Source: Bacteroidia bacterium
GTDB lineage: Bacteria; Bacteroidota; Bacteroidia; J057
DNA: 64,000 nt
Direction: 5' to 3'
Assembly: GCA_033391075.1 (NCBI GenBank)
Contig: JAWPMV010000004.1
Span: forward strand, 182,642-246,641
The notes beneath the pieces are model-generated. The model was not told where the DNA came from. It worked only from the letters and a program-made list of their open reading frames with translations, and did not search any database. The translations under genes were made by a program, and so were the position numbers. Shown one piece after another: positions 9,538 through 16,912 of the stretch (positions are counted from its first letter, which is position 1; each line of letters opens with the position of its first letter).

Positions 9538-12500
9538 AAAGATTTCTTTTTCCAGGCGAATACAAGTTCCCTGACTTTCTTGGCTCTCAATATGGAGTTG
9601 AGCCTCCATTTCTTTTGCTCTGCTTCGCATATTATTTAAGCCATTGACCCGTTTAAGATCCTTCTCATGGAAACCTTTTCCATTATCAATAAGTGAAAGG
9701 AGCAGCTTTTGGTCCTTCCTGGCTACCCGAATAGAAACTTTGCTACAATCTGCATACTTCAGGATATTATTCAGGGCCTCCTTACAAATGAGGAGCAAAT
9801 GCCTTTTGGTAGTTAAAGTCAAACTTTCCTCTTCATCTCCTTGCAGCTGATTATCAAAGTGAAATTCGATATCCGTGTGTTCGAAGAGGGAACTGGCAAA
9901 ATCTCTGATCCGATCCAGGGTAGCATGCAAACTATCGTGTCTGGGGTCAAGGGTCCAAATAAAATCCCGGATTCCAGAGCCTAATTCCTGCAGGTTTTCT
10001 TCCATTTTCTGAAGGTACTCCTGCAAGTCAGGATTATCCTGAGCACTTCTTTTACTTAAGCCCGTGTAGAGCGATAATTTTGTCAAATTGTTTCCCGCCT
10101 CATCATGAAAATCCTGAGAGGTTCTGGCTCTCAATTGTTCCCTTTCTTCAACTTTGATTCTTTCAATTCGGGCAAGCGTCCTCATTTCCTGACGGACTTC
10201 TTGGGTTCGGTAGGAAATAAAGAGGAAAATGGCTCCCAGAAAACAAAGTGCATAGAGGGCATAGGCCCACCAGCTTTTCCAGGGTGGGGGAGAAATATGG
10301 ATTTGTAGTTCCTTAGCCTCCTCGTTCCAAAGTCCATCATTGTTGGAGGCTTTAACTCGGAAAGTATAAGTTCCCGGAGCTAAATTGGGATAATCTGCAA
10401 AGCGCCTCTTTCCACTATATACCCAGTCTCTATCTACTCCGACCAACTGATAAGCGAATTGATTTTTTTCTGCTTTGGTGTATTCCAGGGCAGCAAATTC
10501 GAAGGAGAGGAAATCCTGATCATAGCTTAGCTTCACTTCATCTGTAACCCGGATTGATTGCGGCAAATGAAAAGCTGATTGATTCTCGGGATTGGGATCT
10601 ACCGGCACTTCTTGATTAAAAAGCTTTATTCCTGTTATCTGGAGTTTGGGTAATTGTTTATTGAGTTTCAGGCTATCGGGATGGAAATAAACCAGCCCAT
10701 GAGTCCCTCCAAAAAACATTTGTCCATTTTGGGCTTTAAAGTAGGCAAACTGATTAAACTCCAGGTTGGACAATCCATCTTCGATCCCAAAATTACGTGT
10801 CTTGAATTCACCCTCTTTCCAACTGGTTCGGGAGATTCCATTGTTTGTGCTTAGCCATAGATTTCCCTCTTCATCCTCGAGTATCCCATAAATCACATCA
10901 TTGGGTAGACCATCTTTTCGAAAAAAAGAACGGAAAACTCCTTCTTTTTCCATGAGGCATAAACCATTTGCCGTTCCTATCCACAATTGACCTGCCTGAT
11001 TTTCATGAAGGCTGAGGATCATGTCATTGCTAAGGCTACCGGGAAGGTTCCCTTTGGAATCATAGGTCGTGAAGGTTCCTTTTTCCGGATCCATTTTGCA
11101 CAATCCTCCCCCGGCAGTGCCAATCCAGAATCTGCCCATCCGATCTTCCAGTATACTGTAAACAAAGGGATGAGGTAATCCTGTACTATCTTCCGGATTA
11201 TGAAGATAATGCTTAAAAGTACCGCTTATCGGGTCGAATAAATTAAGGCCGCCGAGAGCCGTTCCCACCCAATACCTGCCCTTACTATCTTCATAAAATG
11301 TGTAGACCGTATTGGCACTCAAACTTTCGGGATCTTTATCATCGTGGGTATAGTGTTCAAAGCTTAATTTCCCAGATCCTTCTACTATGACTTTGGCGAA
11401 ACCTCCCCTGCGAGTGGTCAGCCACATCTGATCATTCCTGTCCCGGCAAACATTTAACAAATAATCTGTCCCTAGTTCCTGCTCCATATGGTAGCAAGTA
11501 AGGTCTCCGGGTATCTCATCCCAGCTATTAAAAATGCTCAATCCTCCTACCGTGGCTACCCATAGTTTTCCTTCTTTATCCTGATTGATTCCCAATATTT
11601 TATTATTGCAGAGCTGCCTCTGAGAACTTTCGAAGCTTATTTTCCCAAAAAAGGGACTATTTATAGAGGTTTTATTGATCCCGTAGCTTGTACCCAGTAA
11701 GAGATTCCCGGATTCATCGCCCATAATGGCATTGGTGCGATTATGAGATAAAGAGGATAGAACATTGGGATCATGACTACTGCGATTGAGGATGTGGGCT
11801 CCTTCAGTTTCCAATCGCTCAATATCTCCAAAATTCAATCCTTCTGCTGTGCCAATCCAAAAGGTTCCGTATTTATCCAGAAAGAGGGAGGTGATTGAGC
11901 TGCTTAGAAGTCCTTGTTCAGCAGCATTCTCTTTCTGCAAATACTTTTCAATCCTGAATTTCCCATTGCTGTCTTCGACAACTAATAACAATCCGATACT
12001 AGTCCCTATCCAATATCTCTGAGAGCTCTCAGCTAATATGCAGGATGTAAAGTAAATCTGGTCTTCTCTCAGAAATTCTGAAGTAAAGTTGAGGGCTTCC
12101 AGTTTTTCATTTTCCAGATCAAATACAGCCAATCCATTATTATGACCGAGTAAAAAACGTCCCTCTTTGAGGGGACTCATACTCAGGATGTTTCTCGCAA
12201 AAAAATTGCGGGAAGTGCCCGGTTCATGTGGCCAGCTCTTGATTTGATAGGTATGAGTATTCAGGATTGAAAGACCATAATCAGTTCCAATCAGGAGTAA
12301 AGAATCCTGATGGAGATATAAAGACCTGACACCATCATGGGCCAGACTTCCGTAGGGATTTCCAGCTTCAGGCAGGAAGTTGAGAAATTGCTCTGTTTTT
12401 CTGTCCCATTTACTCAATCCTCCGCCAAAGGTCCCGATCCAAAGATTCTTCTCTCTATCTTCTAGTACGGTCCAAATGTAATTGCTCTTCAGACTTTTGG

Positions 12501-12753
12501 GATTGCCTGGTTCATGGAAAAAGGAGGTGAATTCGTATCCGTCATATCGGTTCAGTCCATCTTGGGTGCCTATCCAAAGATAACCGTAAGAGTCTTTGAG
12601 AAAACAGCTTACGTTTCCCTGGGAAAGCCCCTCTTCTACGGAAATGTGTTCAAATTCGAGCTTTCTATTTTGGGAATAGATATTTTCAACATCTATGAAT
12701 AGGAGAAAGCATGCAAAAAGTAGTAAGTAAATTCTGGTGGGGGAAAGCGGCAT
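9514..12753 (-). CDS. sensor histidine kinase with periplasmic two-component-regulator propeller repeats + Y_Y_Y domain (HisKA_3/NarX class)
   Basis: Many repeats of the ...G.LWIGT..GL..(F/Y)D type and a Y_Y_Y-like segment (YAYQLVGVDRDWVY...PGTYTFRVKA). One TM helix (WWAYALYALCFLGAIFLFISY), an H-box (SQDFHDEAGNNLTKL) and a HATPase_c region (ALNNILKYA...IDNGKGF). Confidence 0.9.
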   Translation of the reverse strand: MPLSPTRIYLLLFACFLLFIDVENIYSQNRKLEFEHISVEEGLSQGNVSCFLKDSYGYLWIGTQDGLNRYDGYEFTSFFHEPGNPKSLKSNYIWTVLEDREKNLWIGTFGGGLSKWDRKTEQFLNFLPEAGNPYGSLAHDGVRSLYLHQDSLLLIGTDYGLSILNTHTYQIKSWPHEPGTSRNFFARNILSMSPLKEGRFLLGHNNGLAVFDLENEKLEALNFTSEFLREDQIYFTSCILAESSQRYWIGTSIGLLLVVEDSNGKFRIEKYLQKENAAEQGLLSSSITSLFLDKYGTFWIGTAEGLNFGDIERLETEGAHILNRSSHDPNVLSSLSHNRTNAIMGDESGNLLLGTSYGINKTSINSPFFGKISFESSQRQLCNNKILGINQDKEGKLWVATVGGLSIFNSWDEIPGDLTCYHMEQELGTDYLLNVCRDRNDQMWLTTRRGGFAKVIVEGSGKLSFEHYTHDDKDPESLSANTVYTFYEDSKGRYWVGTALGGLNLFDPISGTFKHYLHNPEDSTGLPHPFVYSILEDRMGRFWIGTAGGGLCKMDPEKGTFTTYDSKGNLPGSLSNDMILSLHENQAGQLWIGTANGLCLMEKEGVFRSFFRKDGLPNDVIYGILEDEEGNLWLSTNNGISRTSWKEGEFKTRNFGIEDGLSNLEFNQFAYFKAQNGQMFFGGTHGLVYFHPDSLKLNKQLPKLQITGIKLFNQEVPVDPNPENQSAFHLPQSIRVTDEVKLSYDQDFLSFEFAALEYTKAEKNQFAYQLVGVDRDWVYSGKRRFADYPNLAPGTYTFRVKASNNDGLWNEEAKELQIHISPPPWKSWWAYALYALCFLGAIFLFISYRTQEVRQEMRTLARIERIKVEEREQLRARTSQDFHDEAGNNLTKLSLYTGLSKRSAQDNPDLQEYLQKMEENLQELGSGIRDFIWTLDPRHDSLHATLDRIRDFASSLFEHTDIEFHFDNQLQGDEEESLTLTTKRHLLLICKEALNNILKYADCSKVSIRVARKDQKLLLSLIDNGKGFHEKDLKRVNGLNNMRSRAKEMEAQLHIESQESQGTCIRLEKEIFKKEEARF

Positions 12754-12842
12754 TTAGCTGGGATCTTTAGGCATTTTCCTTAAAATACGTAATCTCCAAT
12801 GAAAAATATAAATAGTCCGCTATGGCTAAATTAATCTTCTTT

Positions 12843-12980
12843 TTACCAATTCAAGTACCTAAACAAGCCCGCTTCAAATCCAAAAAGACTAATTACCAGG
12901 TATAGTAAGGAGAAGTACCAAATACCCATCAGGACATTTGCCCATTTTGTTCCGATTTTTTCTAAAAGGTAAGTGTACAT
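12843..12980 (-). CDS. unannotated 45-aa single-TM ORF, candidate DltX-like acyl-shuttle peptide
   Basis: Hand translation gives MYTYLLEKIGTKWANVLMGIWYFSLLYLVISLFGFEAGLFRYLNW*. The ATG (12978-12980) lies 4 nt after the MBOAT stop (12985-12987), same strand. One hydrophobic helix and a short C-terminal tail with Tyr. It is below the 60-aa cutoff of the ORF track. Confidence 0.45.
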   Translation of the reverse strand: MYTYLLEKIGTKWANVLMGIWYFSLLYLVISLFGFEAGLFRYLNW

Positions 12981-12984
12981 AGCC

Positions 12985-14118
12985 TTAGTTTATGAAGAAT
13001 AGAATTTTATAGGTTTGCCAGGAAGCCGCCATATCCACTTCATTGGTCAGGATAAAACTGAGCATGACGAAATGCAGGGTAATTCCTATTCCCAGGATTT
13101 TTTGTACAAGAGGAATCTTTGCGATCGCCTCCTGCATGGGCGTATTATTGTAGCGATGCCAGAGGTTGATGGCTATAGCATGCATAATTCCCCAGATCAA
13201 ATAGCGCAAGGATATTTCATGCCATCCTGCCAATACAAGCATAGACATAATGATGCTGATACGGGAATTTCTCGTCATACCGAGGAAGGGATAGAAAACA
13301 TAATCCCGACACCAATCTGAAAGAGAAATATGCCAGCGATTCCAGAAATCAGCAATATTTGTGGCTTTGAAAGGAGAATTGAAGTTCTCCATGACTTTAA
13401 AACCAAAGAGTAAAGACAAACCTATCGCTATATCTGAGTAGCCTGCAAACTGTACATAGGCATTGGCAGCGAATCGAAACATCTTCAGATAGGTCGCTAT
13501 CCAAAGATGACTGTCTTCCAGTCCCAGGGCAAAATTATTGAGTTTATAACTGAACAGGTAATTGCCAAGCACAACTATTTTTACAAAGCCATAAAGAATT
13601 CTTTCCAATCCCTGAGAAAACAGCAAATTATCCCATCGCCTTCTTTTTATATCTCTTAAGAAGGGTTGAAAGCGATTGATAGGGCCGATAAGGATGGTTG
13701 GAAGAAAGAACAGATAGCACATATATTCCCATAGGCTGTGCTTACTCAGACTTGTTTTCTTATACACCTCCAGAGCATAATGGATTTGGCGAAAGGAATA
13801 ATAGGAAAGCCCCAAAGGTAAAATGCCTGTTTCTCCCAATCCAAAAATGGCTGCATAATCCATCTTAAAAAAGAGAAAGATGCAACTCAATTGGATAACA
13901 ACTACCAAAGTCGCTGTGCTCAAAGAAGGAATATGTCGTAAAAGGTAGAAATTAAGAAGGCTGGTGCTCGCTAAAATCAGGAGGGAAGCTGGCGAATAAA
14001 TTCCCAACAAAATAGCAGTTGCCAGGATGAGGGGTGCCAGCTGCCATTTCTCTGGCAACAACCAGGCAGGGCCCAGCAACACAAAACTTACTCCCAATAT
14101 GATCAGCAGTATCTCCAT
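12985..14118 (-). CDS. MBOAT-family membrane O-acyltransferase (DltB/AlgI-like)
   Basis: Multi-TM protein with FWNRWHISLSDWCRDYVFYP (MBOAT catalytic His motif) and LAGWHEIS (second conserved His). At 377 aa it is closer to DltB than to AlgI in size. An ATGA overlap links it to the upstream gene. Confidence 0.9.
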   Translation of the reverse strand: MEILLIILGVSFVLLGPAWLLPEKWQLAPLILATAILLGIYSPASLLILASTSLLNFYLLRHIPSLSTATLVVVIQLSCIFLFFKMDYAAIFGLGETGILPLGLSYYSFRQIHYALEVYKKTSLSKHSLWEYMCYLFFLPTILIGPINRFQPFLRDIKRRRWDNLLFSQGLERILYGFVKIVVLGNYLFSYKLNNFALGLEDSHLWIATYLKMFRFAANAYVQFAGYSDIAIGLSLLFGFKVMENFNSPFKATNIADFWNRWHISLSDWCRDYVFYPFLGMTRNSRISIIMSMLVLAGWHEISLRYLIWGIMHAIAINLWHRYNNTPMQEAIAKIPLVQKILGIGITLHFVMLSFILTNEVDMAASWQTYKILFFIN

Positions 14119-15053
14119 CAGTTCTTTCTTTCTGCTACAATTTTATCTATCAGCCATTCAGTATATATCTCTTGTCCCGCTGTGGTCAAATGGCTGTAAT
14201 CCCAGAAGTATTTATACCCTAGCGGAGATCCTGTATAAGGCCAATATTCTATCCCTAATTGTTCTTGGTATTGCTCCAGTAAAATGGCCTGTTCCTGCAT
14301 AAGTTTTGGAGGGTAGATTTGATGCATCAGGGCCGCTGGTTGAGGGACATCCACAAATACTATTTTGATCCCCTGATCTCTGAGCATTTGTAATTCTTCG
14401 TGGGCATAGCCTAGTTCCTCAAAAGATCTGCTAATTCGTTTCTGTGGAACATAGGAAAGTGTATCCAGGTGCTGGATGGAGGGTCCTGCTTTAGCAACAC
14501 AGTCCATTTTTTGCTTATACCCCAGCATGCCTAGCATTTCTTTAAAAAACCTTCGATTTAGCCAGGACCTCATTTCCAGTTGGCCTTTTAGGCTGTGAGC
14601 TTTAAGGGTACTATCCGCTTTATATTTGGCTCCTACGTTTTCCAGATTTACGACAGCCAATTCTGTTTGGATGCAAACCAAATCAGGGTTTAGCGCAGCT
14701 ATTTTGGGAAGAAGCTGATGAGTAGTTACCATTCTTTTAAAGGGCTCACCATTGCCATACATCTTACTCAAGAGGATGGGAGATTTTTTCAGCCTGTTTG
14801 AATAAGCATAAATTTCATCCGGACATTGAATCCCATACTTAGCCAGGGAAGAACCAACAAAAATCACTTTCAAATCTCTTTTTTTTGAACTTTGAAAGTC
14901 CTCCTTCATTTCCTCATACAGTCCATCAAATTCCAGTTTGTCTGTATTGGGAATATTATGGCAATACACATGGACGATGATCTGGAGCAGGAGAAATAAT
15001 CCTCCTACCCAGGCCCATACATATAAAGGAGTTGATTTTGCTCTCACACTCAT
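14118..15053 (-). CDS. membrane-anchored SGNH/DltD-like protein (candidate terminal acyltransferase)
   Basis: N-terminal TM anchor, a block-I-like IFVGSSLAKYG, and a C-terminal FWDYSHLTTAG (D-x-x-H as in SGNH/DltD/AlgX-type enzymes). It sits between the carrier-ligase and MBOAT genes with ATGA overlaps on both sides. Confidence 0.55.
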   Translation of the reverse strand: MSVRAKSTPLYVWAWVGGLFLLLQIIVHVYCHNIPNTDKLEFDGLYEEMKEDFQSSKKRDLKVIFVGSSLAKYGIQCPDEIYAYSNRLKKSPILLSKMYGNGEPFKRMVTTHQLLPKIAALNPDLVCIQTELAVVNLENVGAKYKADSTLKAHSLKGQLEMRSWLNRRFFKEMLGMLGYKQKMDCVAKAGPSIQHLDTLSYVPQKRISRSFEELGYAHEELQMLRDQGIKIVFVDVPQPAALMHQIYPPKLMQEQAILLEQYQEQLGIEYWPYTGSPLGYKYFWDYSHLTTAGQEIYTEWLIDKIVAERKN

Positions 15054-16912
15054 GCCAGTTTTTCCAGGAGAATGTTCTCGGTTGCTTTAAGACTATTCAT
15101 GATCATCATTTCAGCCGTAGAAAAACGGACCTTGAATTTCTTCTCCAGGGAGTTTACATATTTCAAATGTGCCAAAGAATCCCATCCTTCAAGCGTCATA
15201 GAGGTGTCTTGCAGACTGATTTCTGTTACAGAAATATTAAAAGCTTCTGCTGCAGAAGCTTTAATCGCCTCAACATATCCCTCCTGCTCAGCTGAATTCT
15301 GAGAAATACTCGATCCAGCCTTATGTTCTTCTATCAATTTCCTGACCTCATTCACCTGAATTTTACCGGAGAGGGTACGAGGAAGGCTTTTGAGGAAAAA
15401 GCTTTCTTTGGGAATCTGATTTGCTTCTAATAGAGGACGGAGGTAGCTGATCAAATCCATTTTTTCCAGCTTTTGCCCGGCCTTCAAAACGATGGCAGTA
15501 GCCAACATTTCTCCATGATGCTCATCCGGCAAAGCGAAACAGACACTTTCAAATACTGCCTCATGGCTATTGATCATTTCTGTTACCTGCTCAGGATAAA
15601 TGTTGATCCCTCCTGTATTGATGGTATTTTTCTTTCTTCCAGTAATGCTGAAGAAGCCTTCTTCATCTTTTGCTGCAATATCCCCGGTAAATAGCCAGCC
15701 GTCTTGTAAAACCTCAGCAGTTGCTTCCGGATTATTGAGATAACCAACAAATATATGATCGCCTTTTATCATGAGATTTCCCGACTCATTTACTGCCGCT
15801 TCTGTCCCATCTTCCGTCAGGATTTTCACTTCACAATCAACAGGAACTCCAACTGTTCCGATTTTCTTTGGATATCCGGCTGCTCCACAGTATAAAGAAC
15901 CTGCGACGGTTTCGGTCATGCCATATACATTGGCAATTTCAACCTTGAATTTATCCTGAAAGTCCTCCCAGAATTTCTTTTCCAGTTTGGCAGCCGTTGA
16001 AATAATCAGTTTGAAATCTTCCGTTTGAAAACTTTCCTCATAATTCTCTGAGTACTTGTCCATAAAAGATAAGATGGTCGGAACGGTCATAAAATGAGTG
16101 GCCCGGAGTTTATAAATCGCATCGAAGAGCTCTGTCATCCGAGACATATCAAAGCTGAAAGGTCTCAATAATGTTGCATGCGAAAAGAGGGTAAGTAAGG
16201 GGCCCTGTATAGATCCATCTACATGGTAGAGGGTAAGGATATTGAGCAGTCGACTGTTTTCATCAAAAGCATATACTTTCTTGAGTGTCTTCAGGTGGGC
16301 GAATAAATTCCCATGAGAAATCATCACTCCTTTGGGATCAGAGGTAGATCCGCTGGTGAAAAGGACAAAAGAAAGATCGGAAGGCTCAATTTTTTCTAAA
16401 GGTTCAACTAGACCTGAAATGCTATCCATAAGTGCGGGGAAGCTATGATTATCCACCGGCGCCTCTGTTTTTTTCTTCTTCAGGAGTTTCTTAAAAAGTT
16501 TGCCTTTCTTCTGGGCGGATTTTTTCACGGGCAGACTAAAAAAGGAAGGATTTTCTTCAATTTTCCTTTCTGCGAATAAAGCTTCATCCATAACGGCTCC
16601 ATTCGCTGCTGCCTGAAGGATGATTCCTTTTGCTCTTTGGGCAGGAACCCGAGGATCGATAAAAATGCTCACAATTCCATATCGAAGAAAAGCCAGGAAG
16701 AATAGACTCGCATAATATTCATCCTCTACGGAGAGGACAATCCGATCTCCTTTTTTCAATCCTCTTTGCTGGAAAAGCTGGTGAAGTTTATCTATGTCTG
16801 TGAGTAAGGTCTGATAGGTATATTTTTTACCGCCTATTTGTGCAAAGACTTTTTTGCTTAACTGAGGTCCTTGCAGGCTTTCAAATAGATCAGTGATATT
16901 GTTGTATGGCAT
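15050..16912 (-). CDS. ANL-family adenylating enzyme fused to a C-terminal acyl/peptidyl carrier domain (DltA-DltC-like fusion)
   Basis: AMP-binding motifs LFTSGSTSDPKG, VYGMTETVAG, WLFTGDIA, GRKKNTINTGGINIYPEQV and LSGKI. The C-terminal ~80 aa carries LEGWDSLAHL (phosphopantetheine-type Ser codon at 15176-15178). Start chosen at MPYNNITDLF (16912), because the track start at 17035 would overlap the upstream gene by 146 nt. Confidence 0.85.
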   Translation of the reverse strand: MPYNNITDLFESLQGPQLSKKVFAQIGGKKYTYQTLLTDIDKLHQLFQQRGLKKGDRIVLSVEDEYYASLFFLAFLRYGIVSIFIDPRVPAQRAKGIILQAAANGAVMDEALFAERKIEENPSFFSLPVKKSAQKKGKLFKKLLKKKKTEAPVDNHSFPALMDSISGLVEPLEKIEPSDLSFVLFTSGSTSDPKGVMISHGNLFAHLKTLKKVYAFDENSRLLNILTLYHVDGSIQGPLLTLFSHATLLRPFSFDMSRMTELFDAIYKLRATHFMTVPTILSFMDKYSENYEESFQTEDFKLIISTAAKLEKKFWEDFQDKFKVEIANVYGMTETVAGSLYCGAAGYPKKIGTVGVPVDCEVKILTEDGTEAAVNESGNLMIKGDHIFVGYLNNPEATAEVLQDGWLFTGDIAAKDEEGFFSITGRKKNTINTGGINIYPEQVTEMINSHEAVFESVCFALPDEHHGEMLATAIVLKAGQKLEKMDLISYLRPLLEANQIPKESFFLKSLPRTLSGKIQVNEVRKLIEEHKAGSSISQNSAEQEGYVEAIKASAAEAFNISVTEISLQDTSMTLEGWDSLAHLKYVNSLEKKFKVRFSTAEMMIMNSLKATENILLEKLA

